64,000 nt of DNA from Octopus vulgaris. Taxonomy: Eukaryota. Below are positions 1 to 13,546 of this stretch, one piece after another (position 1 is the first letter of the stretch; the number at the start of each line of letters is the position of its first letter). Location: the NCBI GenBank assembly GCA_951406725.2, contig OX597820.1:109988001-110052000 (forward strand), given 5' to 3'. The translations under genes and the position numbers were made by a program. The notes under the pieces are model-generated. The model was not told the DNA's origin. It saw nothing but the letters and a program-made list of their open reading frames with translations, and did no database searches.

Positions 1-87
1 CTGAGCACTCTTGTTATTATTATTATTATTAATATTTCAAGATTGTAGTTACTCTTCACAAAGGTAAAAGAACAATAAGAAGTGCGC

Positions 88-1690
88 GAATGAACAGTAT
101 TTCGACACACTGTGTTTTTTTACAAGTTCAAAATGTAAAATTAAATGAAATTCAAAGATAGGAAACACTGAAACATTCAAAATTAAACCAGAATAATAGC
201 ACTTTCTTTGGTATTTCACAAAAGGTAGCAGAAGGAAGGAAAGAAAGAAAATATAAAGAAAAGAATTGGGGAAAAAAATTATTCAGTCAAAAAGTTTAGT
301 GTAAGAATGGTGGAATTCACCTGCTATTTTATTAATTCATCCAGGATGAGATATCAACAGTTCACATATCCCCATGGGTTTTGAGGACTGACAGTGCAAT
401 GGAGCAAGGGCATATTTTGAGAATGTGCACGTTTTTTCAGGTCTTCTTCAAATTTACACCCGTTTGATGTGAAATGCTCTGCAAGTCCCATGGAACCACT
501 GTTATGTGCCTGACATCATACCTATGTCCATTAAAGCTTTTCTGTCATCGTTCTGTTGTGCAACCAACATAAATCATTTTGTGTTTGGTGCATTCTGCTG
601 CATACACCAAATGGGAATTCTTACAGGTCCCTCTGTGTTAATCATAACATTTCTGTTATAACTCTTGATGGAATTGGTCTGACTCATGTTATTGCACAAT
701 GAACAGGGCTTACCTCTCTTATGGGTGTTTTGGAGGGGTGCAGCATTCAGAAACTCCAATGAAGTTTTTATTAGAGGTACTGGTCAATATTTCTCTAATA
801 TTTCTATTATGCCTAAAGGCTACAATAGGTGGAAGAGGAAATATTTGTCAGAAATGACGATATTTTTCTGAAATATGTTGGTAACTGTCAATGCAACACT
901 TTTGAAATTCCAGCGAAACTTTGGTGATTAACTAATCACTAAAGGAATTCAGCCATAAGCTCTTTCCTGACTGCTAAAATTAGATGTGAAAGTTTGATTG
1001 TCACTACTAATTTCAGCTGTGTCATTCACAATTTCCTTTAATCATGATTCGCTATAACCACACTTTACATAATGGCACACAAAAGCATTTGCATGTTTCC
1101 AATAATCCCCAATGTTTGTGCAAATACATCTTATCCTCAAAAACTGGGACTTCGGATTTGATTTGACTGTATGATATGGATGATCAGAGCAGCAGTGGAG
1201 ATAAATATGGGTTGACATGAGTTTGCAAAATAATTCTGTGACTATTCAGCCTTCTGAAAAGCTCAACGTGAATTTTATTTTGGACTTAAAGCCATAGTCT
1301 TCTGTGAAGAAGTCACAGAAATATAAAAATTTGACTGAACTATCCTGTATTCCTTCCCAGACAAAAAAGATATCAAAGATATATTTGTGAACTGTTGATA
1401 TCTCAGCCTGGATGAATTAATAAAATAGCAGGTGAATGCCACCATTCTTACACTAAACTTTTTGACTGAATAATTTTTTTCCCCAATTCTTTTCTTTCTT
1501 TATATTTTCTCTCTTTCCTTCCATCTGCTACCTTTTGTGAAAGACTGAACATTGATGATGTTTTACTTGGAAAGAAACACAGTTATTCCTGTTTAATTTT
1601 GAATGTTTCAGCATTTCCTATCTTTGAATTTCATTTAATTTTATATTTTAAACTTTAAAGTCTCAGTGTGTCAAAATATTGTTCATTCAT
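88..1690 (-). mobile_element. Penelope-like retroelement remnant (GIY-YIG endonuclease) bounded by ~280-bp inverted repeats
   Basis: Minus strand ~550-615 reads LVYAAECTKHKMIYVGCTTER* (GIY-YIG), preceded by PCSLCNNM. Segment ~88-368 is the diverged reverse complement of ~1381-1690. Confidence 0.7.
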
Positions 1691-1826
1691 TTCATTTTAA
1701 TAAAGAGTATCAGTCTTTAATAAAGAGTATCAGTTGCACTCTTGTTATTGTTTTATTATTATTAATTATTAATATATAAAGGACTGAGGTAACTCCTCCA
1801 GAAGATATAGAGTGAAAATGAAAGGA

Positions 1827-2101
1827 AGTGCCATTGTCATCTAGTGAACGATATTTCAACATCTCGTGTGGCTTCAACAGGTTCAAAAAATAATTTTGTC
1901 AATCTATTTCATTTTGGTTAATATATAAAGGATTGAGGTAACTCCTCCAGAAGATATATATATAAATTTTGACTCTTCTGGAGGAGTTACCTGAATCCTT
2001 TATATATTAACCAAAATGAAGTAGATTGACAAAATTAGTTTTTGAACCTGTTGAAGACATACGAGATATCGAAATATCATTCACTAGATAACAATGGCAC
2101 T
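1827..2101. repeat. Long imperfect palindrome (arms ~128 bp, ~19-nt loop)
   Basis: 1827-1954 is the reverse complement of 1974-2101. 1768-1809 directly repeats 1917-1958. Confidence 0.85.
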
Positions 2102-2131
2102 CTTCTTTTAATTTTGATATTATTATTATTA

Positions 2132-2644
2132 TTGAGTGAGAGAGCAGTGCATGCCAGGCACATGCATTACAACCATATGTGCATGACATGGTGATCTCAA
2201 ATCAAAATAAACAGCACATGACCTTGCAGGTGGGGTCCAGTTAGAATTTTCTTCTGGTCAGGTAGCCCATCCCGCTCAAAAGGTCCCTGAATAAAGATTG
2301 TTTAAGGATGTTGAACGAACCACCCCTGTTTCCAAAGGTGAATTATCCAAACCTCTAAGAATTCCTTTCAACATATGGCTATGATGTTCCCCCACTACTT
2401 CTGCTTGTGATAAGAGATGCACATATCATCAGTCACTAAGGGACATGCTCAATTGGTTAAGGTCAAACAACTGACAAGCAAATCTGTGGTATTGAGCAGA
2501 ATATTTGATGTAGCCCATCTTTAATACCAAGACAAAACAATGTACATGATAACACTTCCAATCAGTTAAGATCAGCAGCCATGAGAGCCACTGCCTGGTA
2601 CTGCATTAGGATATTGCCATGAGAGCCACTGCCTGGTACTGCAT

Positions 2645-2645
<1 letters not shown>
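2132..2645. mobile_element. Interspersed repeat (probably a LINE fragment); second copy at ~9996-10510
   Basis: Both copies begin GAGTGAGAGAGCAGTG after (ATT)n and are colinear over ~500 bp. Confidence 0.6.
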
Positions 2646-2676
<31 letters not shown>

Positions 2677-3536
2677 TTATTATTATTATCATCAGTGATG
2701 GATAGTCAGAATTGTTAAAGCATTAGACAAAATGTTTTGTGGCATTTGTTTGGACACTTTATGTTTTGAATCCAAGTCCTCTCTGGCTGAATAAATAAAA
2801 TCCCAGTCAAGTATTGAGTTTGTATAATCAACTGTTCCCCTCCCTTCAAGATTGCATTCTTGTCTGTAAATTAGAAACAGTTATTATTATTATCAGTATT
2901 AAAAAATTTTCTATTATAACCTTGGCCATTGCTTGGTAGTATATTCTCTCACCAAGTAAATCTTTTGAAATGTTAATTAAAACAGTTCATTAACTTTGAA
3001 GGCTTTCTTGTATTTGTAACATTCTTGTAATATAACTGATGCTAGTCTGCTGAGGTTCACATTGCTTTTCATCCTTTCAGGGTCAATAAAATAAGTACCA
3101 GCTGAGTACTGGGGTCGATATAATTGACTTAACCTCACCCCAGAAATTTCTGACCTTGTGTCAGATTTTGTAGTGGATCAGAAATTGTTAGCAATAATAA
3201 TAACAAACTTGCTAACCCTATTATAAACTTTTTTTAAAATCTGAAACGATTAAAAGACTAGATAAAATATGTTGCTTTGCATTAAAACAGCAAAAAACAA
3301 CATTTTTAGAAGAGCCAGAATATTTGTGACAACTTGTGCTGATAATTATCACACTTACAACAATGGCCTTAACATAGACCCTAACAGTGAGTTTGATATC
3401 AGAATTACATATTACACTTGTTTTATTCAAAAACATTGATAGTTTCTCCTGTGTTGAACAAAAAATAAAATGATTGCAAATGAAATGCCCATCTTTCCCA
3501 TTTTCTAATATTTCCTTATAATTCTTATAATTCCAG

Positions 3537-3587
3537 AATGAAAAGCAGAATATTTTTAGTAATTTAACCACTGAAGAATATAAAGAG
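3537..3587 (+). CDS. PDE10A/pde-5-like phosphodiesterase, internal exon (NEKQNIFSNLTTEEYKE)
   Basis: ttccag acceptor after a pyrimidine tract and GT donor at 3588. 51 nt, phase 0/0. Matches PDE10A LEGHNIFSTLSSSEYEQ and joins the next exon in frame. Confidence 0.85.
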
Positions 3588-4066
3588 GTTAAAGTATTTT
3601 TCTCTTATTTTTAATTTCTTTGTTTTTATATGTTTAATAAATTAATCTAGTTTTGTGTTATAATGGAGTTTTATATTGTTAGCCATACAGCTCCACACAG
3701 AAAAATATTCTGGAGTGATTTTAGACATTAATCCTTTAACCTATAATTTCCATTAGAGGTGGTCATAGAGTGGTAGAAAGTGGTACTTAATTACATCTTC
3801 TACAATGAAAACCATTGAATAAAGTTACTGTAAATAATGTATTAGAGCAGAGTCAATCAACTATACTAATTTCATGCAATATTGTTTCAATGTAATTAAT
3901 TAATATTCTGTACAAACATACAAATCGCATTCTAACATCTATAATGCATGTGCCTGGTGTACCCTTATCAGATGGGTAGTCATGATAGGTATATTGGGTT
4001 TCATATATTTGTAACCCAGCATCAGTTTGATGGAGTGCGCTGCTTTCTTGCTCAACAACAACAACA

Positions 4067-4067
4067 T

Positions 4068-4131
<64 letters not shown>

Positions 4132-4164
4132 GCTACTACTACTACTATTACTACTACTACTATT
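4067..4164. repeat. (TAC)n microsatellite
   Basis: Directly visible. Confidence 0.95.
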
Positions 4165-4399
4165 AAATAGGTGACAAGCTGGCAGAATCATTAGCACTCT
4201 GGACAAAATGCTTAGTGGCATTTCATCCATCAGATTCTGATGAGGTTGACTTTGCCTTTTATCCTTTCAGGTTCAATAAAATAAGTACCAGCTAAGTACT
4301 GGGGTCAATGTAAGGATTAGCCCCTTCCCCAAAATTTCAGGCCTTTTGCCTGTAATGGATAACATAATTATTATTCCTATTATTAATGTTTTACTTCTG

Positions 4400-4616
4400 A
4401 AAGGCGGTGAGCTGGCAGAGTCATTAGCACGCTGGAGGAAATGCTTAGCAATATTTCGCTTGTTGCTACATTCTGAGTTCAAATTCTGCTGAGATTGACT
4501 TTGCCTTTCATCCTTTTGAGGTCAATAAATTAAGTACCAGTGAAACACTGGGGTCGATGTAATCGACTCGTCCCCTTCCCACAAATTTCAGGTTTTGTGA
4601 TTATAGTAGAAAGGAT
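4400..4616 (+). mobile_element. tRNA-derived SINE (octopus OK-like family); further copies at ~4168-4365, 6213-6403, 7140-7362(-), 8840-9055, 9768-9982, 10512-10722
   Basis: Recurrent GGCGGTGAGCTGGCAGA...TTAGCA head, B-box-like GAGTTCAAATT, GACTTTGCCTTTCATCC core and (ATT)n tail. Confidence 0.85.
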
Positions 4617-4629
4617 TAGTCTTTTTACT

Positions 4630-5590
4630 TCTCAGAGCACTCAGTCTTGTTTGCTCTGGTTGACTCTGGAAGAGATGACAGTAGCCTGATGTCAGAGATT
4701 TCACAGAGTCTCTTTCCACACATTATAAGCTTTGGTAATTGGATGTTAATTATTATGGAAGACATTCAACAACCAAGCACCAATCTCAAAATCCTAGCTG
4801 TCCCCAGCAGAGCAGTTTTGGGGGCTTGCTCTGCTCTCGTGTCAATTCTGATTTCTCTGACATATTTCTCAAACTTGGTTTGTTAGTGCACTGAGTGTCC
4901 CTACAACTACTGGGATGACACTCTCCTCATAGCCCACATTCTTGCAATTTCGTCTTTTAATAGCCTGTGCCTTTTCATCTTTTCTAGTTCTTTGTCACTT
5001 ATGCATGCATCCCCAGGTATTGCAATATCTATAATCTTGGTTTCCCTTTTTTCTTTATCTACCACAACAATGTCTGATCTCCAAGCATCAATTAGGGAAT
5101 CACACTGGATTGCAAAATCCCACAGTATCTTATATTCATTGTTCTCAGTGACTCCTTCTGGTTCATGTTTGTTCTATTTCTGTGCTGTTCTTTTCACATA
5201 GTCCCCAGTGAACAAACTTAGCCACGTTGTCATGCTTCTTTTTGTAGTGCTTTTGAGCCAGCTTGCTACACTCACTCACAATATGTGAGATTGCGTCATT
5301 TTTGCTGCCACACATCCTACAGAGGGGCAATTCACTGCTCTTATCTATTTGGAACTTGTATTTAGTTCTCAGAGCTTGTTCCTGGGCACTGCAAATCAAT
5401 GCCTCAGTGCATCCTTTCACTTCATTTTTTCTTAGCCATCTCCAAATGTTGGTCTTATCTTTTCCTTCGATTTCTCTGAGATATTGCCCATGCAGTGATT
5501 TCATTTTCCAATTATTTATTCTTTCTTTTTCATCATGTTTCTTAAATGCTTGTGGGTGCATCACATTTTTGTAAAGTTAATTCTAACAGC
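4630..5590 (-). mobile_element. Dong/R4-like (RLE-type) non-LTR retrotransposon 3' fragment
   Basis: ORF 5163-5564 reads SLHGQYLRE...TEALICSAQEQALRT...CRMCG...ISHIVSECSKLA...HDNVAKFVHW, the CCHC knuckle preceding an RLE. Confidence 0.8.
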
Positions 5591-5594
5591 AAGG

Positions 5595-5679
5595 ATCATC
5601 ATCATCATCATCACCATCATCATCATCGTCATCATTATTATCATCGTCGTCGTCATCATCATCATTATTGTTATTATTA

Positions 5680-5738
<59 letters not shown>
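5595..5738. repeat. Compound (ATC)n/(ATT)n microsatellite
   Basis: Directly visible. Confidence 0.95.
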
Positions 5739-5739
<1 letters not shown>

Positions 5740-6148
5740 TATGTTTGACTTTTGCATCACATTTGAACAAGTTAGCTCCAAGTCTCACCCAGAGACCTCA
5801 AGAGACAACAATTTAGAAGTTCATGTTGGTATTATGCCTAGGGTGCCATATATTTGGTTTTGTACATACTGTTGCTCTAGAGAATGTTTAAGAAACCATA
5901 AGAAAATTATGTTTGTTTTAAAACTTGAGATTACATAGAAAGTATTTTGCGTAAGATATGGGCAGTTCCCATGAGTACTCTCTTTTGAATTTCTGCCATT
6001 TTGGGGTTTCCTGGTATCTGAGCTAGGTAGCAATCAGCCCCTTTTGCTATCATTCCCAGGGCACCTATGACAACAGGTATTGTTTTAGTCTTCAGGTTCC
6101 ACATTTTGCTAATTTCTATTTCATGCTATCATTCCCAGGGCACCTATG

Positions 6149-6199
<51 letters not shown>

Positions 6200-6420
6200 T
6201 ATTATTATTATTGAGGCAAGCTGGTAAAATAATTACCACACTGGACAAAATGCTTAGTGGCATTTATTCTAACTTCATGTTGTGATTTCAAATTCTGTTG
6301 ACTTTGCCTTTTATCCTTTTGGGGTCATTTGAGCACTGGGGTCAATGTAATCAACTAGCTGCCTCCCCTCAAATTTCAGTTCATGTGCCTATAGTAGAAA
6401 GTATTATTATTATTATTATT

Positions 6421-8800
6421 TGATGAAAATTCTCAGCTTATTTTGCTGGGTATGATAGAAAGTGTCAGCTGCCTGCAGCCAGCAGACTAAGGCAACACTT
6501 GTTTGCTAATTATCCTTCAAGAACCCTATGGAGAACTCTTGCAGTTCCACGCAATGATGATTTTGTAGGTGTTCTGTCTTTACATTTATTCCAATTCCTT
6601 GTGAGCCATGTTGGTTATCAGGTGCTGATACTCCCAAATGTGTCAATTACTATATATCCACTTACTTTAATGCCCACAACCTATGTATTTCCCACTTCAG
6701 TTCCTCATAGTTGTTCACTATTTCTTCTTTTCCTTTGATCCTGTTGTCACCAGGACATGCTATGTCAACTATCATGCAAGTTTTTTTTCTTTTTTGTTCA
6801 CTGTAATAATGTCAGGCTTTTGATGTCTGATCTGGTGGTCACACTGAATCATTCCATCCCACAGGATTTTGTAATATTCATTCTCAGTAACTCCTGGGAT
6901 TTGGTCATATTGTTTTTGATCTTTCTAGGCTATAATTTCCACAGAGCACCCATTGAATCATTCTTGACATATTGTCATGTCTTTTGTATTCTCATTGTGC
7001 CAATTTCAGGTACTCACTAACAGTGTGCCATACTATTTCACTCCTCTCAACACACATTCTGCTTTGATCACTCTCGTGTTCTTAATTCTGCACCACACAT
7101 AGTTCATCCTCAATGCTTGTTCTTGTGCTATGCATATATATTTCTTTACTACCCACAAGGGGCTAAACATAGAGGAGATAAACAAGGACAGACAGATGGA
7201 TCAAGTCGATTATATCGACCACAGTGCATAACTGCTACTTATTTAATCGACCCCGAAAGGATGAAAGGCAAAGTCGACCTTGGCGGAATTTGAACTCAGA
7301 ACGTAGTGGCAGACGAAATACAGCTACGCATTTCACCCGGCATGCTAACGTTTCTGCCAGCTTGTGCTATGCATGTAAGTGCTTCTGTTTCTATCTTCAG
7401 GTCACTCCTTCCCATCCATAGCTACTGGTCTTCTGTATCTGTTCTGGTGCTCTTATCTCTTGCAAACTGACTGTATATTTTCTTTCTTTGCCATGCTATT
7501 TCATTTTATGTGTTCCTTTCTTCTTTCAGTTTCTCTTTCATTACAGAATTTTCAATTTTGATGATGCCAAATTTCACAAGTCTCAGCAATTGTTCCACAG
7601 CATTTTTTACATACCATCCTAAGCTGTTTTTTTCTCTACTTCAACACAATTCTGGCAACTGATCAAACCTCTCCCACCCTTTCTTCTGGACAAATACAAT
7701 CTGTCAATGTCACTCTTGGAATAGAATACTCCATGCACTGTCAATAATTTCTGTGTCTTTGCATCTATGCTCATCAGTTCTTTGTTTTGCCAGTTTATGA
7801 TTCCAGCTCTATACTAACGTGATGCTATTGCCCATATATTTACTACTTGGATTTTATTCCATCCAGTCAATTTTGAGCGCAACACCAATCTTAGTCTTTG
7901 GAAATAGTCTTTCCTAACTGTTCTTTCATTTCCTTCTCTATGATTTCATTGAAATGTAGTGTGCCAAAATACTTATAGCCTTCCTTTGCAATTTATTTCA
8001 TCACTTCTCTGTTTGATAATTCTATCCCTGCCAGGGATTGTACTTTTCCTCTTTTCAGGCTCATTATACTTCACTTCTTGAGTCCAAATTCTTAAAGCAG
8101 TGGACTGTATTCACCAAGGAATTCACTTGTACCTTGTCCTTTCCATACAGCTTTAAATCTTTCATGAAGAGGAAATGGTTAATCCTTTGAGTTTTTCCCT
8201 TTAACTGATATCCTAGGTCCATTTTCCTCAGCACCAAGGCCAGAGAGATCATACAAAGTACAAAAAGTGATGAAAATAAGCTATCTCCTTGGAAAATCCC
8301 TCTCCTGATGCCCAGAGCGCTCTAGCTTTGTCCATTCAATGTCAACTCAGTTTTCCAACCCACCATACTTCTCTTCAGAAAACATTACATTCCTTGCAAT
8401 TCCAAACATATCTAAAGTACTCAATAATCCATGAATGTGAAATCATATTGTAAGCTTTGCAGTAATCAATTCAGGCCATTCCCAGATTTGTTCTCCTTTG
8501 CTTACAATTTTGAATTACTATTTTGTCTATCAATAATTGAGGATTGGTACTTCTGCATCTCCTCCTACAACCCTGTTGTTCTATTGGTGAAATGTCATTA
8601 TCATGAAGAAATTTGTAAATTTCTTTTGCAGTCTCTCCTGACAGTAACTTCCTCATTAATGGAAGGCACGAAATTGGCCGGTAATTGTTGGTAGCATTTC
8701 CTTTTGTTACATCCTTCAAGTACAACACTGTTCTTCCTTTGGTCAATCACCCCAGAAATTCTTCTTCTCCATCAATCCATACATTAAATGCACTACATTG
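6421..8800 (-). mobile_element. Dong/R4-like LINE remnant (RT to RLE), interrupted by a SINE at ~7140-7362
   Basis: Fragments GRTVLYLKD...[19 protein letters not shown] and INHFLFMKDLKLYG, with multiple stops and frameshifts. Confidence 0.8.
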
Positions 8801-9680
8801 TTCAGTGCGCTTATATGTTATTATTAACAAATTATTATTAAGGCGGTGAGCTGGCAGAATTGTTGGAATACCAGATAAAATGCTTATTGTCCATCTTTAC
8901 ATTCTGAGTTCAAATTCCACTGAGGTCAACTTTGCCTTTCATCCTTTTGAGAGTCAATAAACTAAGCACCAGTAATGCACTGGGCTTAATGTAATTGACT
9001 ATGCCCCCCCCCCCCAATAAAAATTCAGGTCTTGTACATATAGTAGAAAGGATTATTATCTTTAATAATAAAGTTGTTGCACAATATCCAATATTATGAT
9101 ATTGTAGATTGAAGATATTGTATGTATTGGGGATTTATGTCTGTCACAACAAGGACCTCACACAGATAGCACTTTATGCAGTGTGTGTGCAGTTCTAAGT
9201 AAAGCTGACTTTTGCAATACATCAAAATTGTTGGGTATTTCTAAAGTGTCCAGATGCTTCTTCAGGTTGAGTGGTATCGAACTTAATGATTCAATGACAG
9301 CAGAAACAACCTTTATGTTTAACTCTCGCTACTGCCACCTCTTGGCAATCTCAATTCTCAGATCTCCATATTTATTGACCTTTTCACTTTCTTTCATGAC
9401 AATATGTTGATCTCTTGGAACTGTCATGTCAATTGTTAGGCACTCTTGCTTGTCCCTTTTAAAGGCTACTATATCCAGTCTTTGGTGCTCTAACACCTTG
9501 AGCTAGCAGAATTAGTAGCATTTTTTTCAGCTCTTTACATTTTGAGATCAAATTCCACCAAGGTCAATTTTGCTTTCACCTTTTTGTGGTCAAGGAAAGT
9601 AATGGGGTAGTAGTAACTGACTAGTCCCATCCCACTAAAATTACTGGCCTAGTACCAAAATTTGAAATCCATTATTATTA

Positions 9681-9717
<37 letters not shown>

Positions 9718-9718
9718 G

Positions 9719-9769
<51 letters not shown>

Positions 9770-10778
9770 GAGTGGTGAACTGGCAGAATTGTTAGCATGC
9801 TGGATGAGATGTTTAGTGGTATTTCCCCTGTTGCTATATTCTGAGTTCAAATTGCACTGAGGTCAACTTTACCTTTCATCCTTTTGGGGTCAATAAGTTA
9901 AGTACCAGTTGAGTACTGGGGTCAATGTAATCAACTATCCCCCTCCCCAAAATTTCAGGCCTTGTGCCTAAAATAAAAAGGATTATTATTATTATTGAGT
10001 GAGAGAGCAGTGTATGCCATCAAAGTGATACAGGGGTACAAATATATGAAGCCCAATATACCCATTGTGACTACCCATCTGATAAGGGTACACTAGGTAC
10101 ATGCACCACAACCAAATGAATGCAACATGGTAATCTCATATCAAGATAAACAGTGCATGACCTTGCAGGTGGGGGCCCAGCTAGACTTTTCTTCAGGTCA
10201 AGTAGCCCATCCCACTCAAAAGGTCCTTGAATATGGGTTGTGTAAGGATATTGAACGAAATACCCATGTTTCCGGAGGTGAATTATTCAAACCCCAAAGA
10301 ATTCCTCTTAACACATGGCTCCCCAACTACTTCTGCTCATGACATATTGTCAGTCACCAAGGGACATACTCAGTTAGTTATGGTCAAACAACAAATAAGC
10401 AAATCTGTGGTATTGAGCAGAATATTTTACACCAAGAGAAAACATATACATCATAACACTTCCTATCAGTTAAGATCAGAAGCCATGAGAGCTAGTGCCT
10501 GGTGTTGCATGTGGTGAGCTTGCAGAATTATTAGCATGCTGGACAAAATGCTTAGTGGTATTTCACCTGTTGCTACGTTCTGAGTTTAAATTCTGCCAAG
10601 GTCGACTTTGCCTTTCATCCCTTCGGGGTCGATAAAATAAGTACCAGTTGAAGACTGGAATCAATGTAATTAATTAGTCCTCTCCCCGCAAATTTCAGGC
10701 CTTGTGCCTATAATAGAAAGGGTTATTATTATTGTTTACTCATCCCCTATGTGTCGGCCCTAGTGGCTAATAAATGAA

Positions 10779-10809
<31 letters not shown>

Positions 10810-11444
10810 GATAGCAAACGATGTAGCTACAAGTGTGAAAATGTTTTTTTTATCAGTACTAAAGATTTGAGTAGTTATTAAACAATGAAATAAATTAGTA
10901 TGAAGTGGAAATATGGTATCCTTGTTAGTCTTTTCTCAACAGAAAGAAATAATAACATGACTGGGGAGGAAGGAATTTAATACTAATTTAAAATTATTGT
11001 GGATCAGTTACTGAAAGGAAAATACAAATATATAGATATTTCTGGAGGTGATACTTCAGCCTAGAATTAGATGGAATTAGATGAAATGGTTGAAATGGAG
11101 TAAGGAACTAAAAAAAAAAAATGTTCTGGAATGAGAGAATTTGGGCAAAGAATTTAGCATAAAATGGGATGATTTAAGATACTGCCAATGTTGACAGAAG
11201 AAGAAAAAGTAAGTGAATTAAGTGCTTATTTGATTTAATACATTGTTCACTTTATTCTATGGCATATATACATACGCATCGTTTAATGTCTGCTTTCCAT
11301 ACTGACATGGGTAGTACGTACATGCATACATGCAGAAGTACAGGTACACACAGACATACGTCAGTTGCATGTCTGTGTACACAGTAGCACTGATTTTTTA
11401 ATATATATGTAGATTTTGTCATAATTAAACAATTTTTTCCCCAG

Positions 11445-11566
11445 ATTCTGAAGATCATGAAGGAATGCATTCTTGCTACAGATTTGGCACTGTTCTTTGG
11501 TAACCGTGATAAACTAAGGAAAATAGTTGATGATTCAGCTTTCATATGGGAAGATAAGGAACACAG
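11445..11566 (+). CDS. PDE10A/pde-5-like exon (ILKIMKECILATDLALFFGNRDKLRKIVDDSAFIWEDKEH-R)
   Basis: ccccag acceptor and AG/GTTAGT donor. Contains the class I PDE ILATDLAL motif. 122 nt, ends in phase 2. Confidence 0.95.
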
Positions 11567-12436
11567 GTTAGTTTCTATGGATATGTTGTCAGAAATGATG
11601 TCTATGCCAAAGTTAGGGAATCATTTTATCTTCTTCATTACAATATATTATGCTTTCTTCAAGTTATTTTGAATAAATATTTGACTTTTTAGTAATATAT
11701 TGATCTCTAACATTGGCACATGACCAGAAAGTTTGTGGAAAAGAGAGTATGGTTGACTGACTTGACTCTAAAAGTACATCTTAACAGCTAGGTACAAGCA
11801 TAGTGGAATGGTTAAGAAGTTCACTGCACAGTCATGAGGCATCAAGTTCAATCTCATGGCGCAGCACTTTGAACAAATGTCTTCTAAAATGGCACCTCTT
11901 CATCCAAAGCACTATGAATAAAACTAGGTTGATGAAAAGGGTGGAGAAGCTGGTCAGATAGACGATGCCTGTGATTCATAAGAGAGCCAGCCTTGACCAA
12001 CACAGTTTTACAGTGGTCCTGGTCAAAGATTACTTTAAGGTGATCTTCATTAATGTAGATTACACAATATATGAAGATTGCAGTGTGTGTGCCTGCACAT
12101 GCATGTGTGAACAAGTGTCACTTTTAAAGAAACAGTCCCAAGTTCTCCTGCAAAAGCACAAATTTAAATTCTAGAAATATAGAAACTGGATGAGTCATTT
12201 AATGGGTGAAAATAAGATTAATCAATACATCAGCTTTAACTCACTATATTAGCAAACTGAAAACTTTAACATTTGGCATTTTAATTTAATAACAGCAAGC
12301 CAGTAAATGAAAATTGTTTTCAAATCAAAAACAGTTAAAATCCAAATATAGGAAATAGATATATTTATTTTCACTATTTTTAACATTTTTAAGTGCTAGG
12401 TCAAAAATGGCAATGCATCTATTTGTATATTTTCAG

Positions 12437-12548
12437 AAAACTGCTGCGATCTATAACAATGACAGGAGCCGATTTATGTGCCAGTGCTAAACCATGGGAT
12501 ATTCAGAAAGAGACAGTTAAAGTGGTTTTTGAAGAATTCTATGCACAG
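12437..12548 (+). CDS. PDE10A/pde-5-like exon (KLLRSITMTGADLCASAKPWDIQKETVKVVFEEFYAQ)
   Basis: tttcag acceptor and CAG/GTAAT donor. Metal-binding ADL motif, KPW and EF motifs. The first base completes the split Arg codon. Confidence 0.95.
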
Positions 12549-13149
12549 GTAATTTATTTAAATTTACAAGATCAAGTCTTTGTTGAATCACAATTTGTAG
12601 GATCAGTGCATATTCCCAGAAACATTAGCTTTGTTAATGGATACAACCCTGGGCTGTGTATTTCCTGAATTTGGTGCAGCAAACCAGAGAATTATTTGCC
12701 AATTTAGCAATATTGCAGCAACATGTAGTACTAAATTTACCATCACCCAAGCAGCTGCCAGCAGCTTTAAATTATACCAGCCACAACATCTACCTGCTCG
12801 ATTAAATTATACTCTCCATAGCACCTATCTACAGTTATATGAACTCTGATATTGAGAGACATCAGAGTAGCTGAAACACCCATGCAAAACCTCTTATGCA
12901 AGTAAATGATGATGGGTCCCAAGTCTGGAGTAATAGAAGAAATTGTACAATTTCAATTCGGCATAAACTGTTTAATGTGTATGAAGTGAGAGATAACTGG
13001 GTAAGATAAGAGATGAAGGTGAAGACATTGGATGAGCTTTGACAAAGATAGATCTTAGTCTGTTACTTTGGAAAACAGAAGTCATTACAGATGTTGAGAA
13101 GTTAAATTAAACTTCACCAGCAAATGGGTTCCATCTGTGATTTCTTGTC

Positions 13150-13540
13150 AATCCCAACCACCTTGACCTTCCATATATATTTTTTGATGTCTTCCTTCAG
13201 TTGTTTGGGTTCTAAACCAATCTTCTACAGGTTGTAGCATACCATTCTTGCTGGAAAACAGTGGTAGTTGATGTCAATGGGGAATAAGGCTAAGTTCCAC
13301 CCTGTGGCAAGACCTCATCAATCAAGTTCTGATATTTAGTTTTCTTTGCTTAGTGAGAAATGTCAAGTCTGTCCTCCCAGAGTCCTGTAAATTCAGCAAT
13401 GATGATTGCTTTCATACTCCTAGATAAAAGGAATATATCTTGTTGGAGCAACATTAATGCCACCTCTTTTGAAAAAAGGAATTCTACTCTTTAGAACTAC
13501 TTGTATCTCCCATGCAATACTTATTTTTGACCTTGGAATG
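13150..13540 (-). mobile_element. Hero/R2-like RLE LINE 3' fragment
   Basis: Minus strand reads DIFLLSRSMKAIIIAEFTGLWEDRLDISH*AKKTKYQNLIDE. A related CxxC...TLEH fragment lies at ~15625-15790(+). Confidence 0.55.
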
Positions 13541-13546
13541 ACCGAG

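Noticed and set aside
3853-5938. Poly-Ser, poly-Tyr, poly-His and poly-Ile ORFs
   Set aside because: These are trinucleotide microsatellite translations with no splice or domain support.
11567-12668. ORF-track extensions of PDE exons (11457-11672, 12393-12668) as full coding regions
   Set aside because: Homology stops at canonical splice sites; the extensions are intronic read-through.
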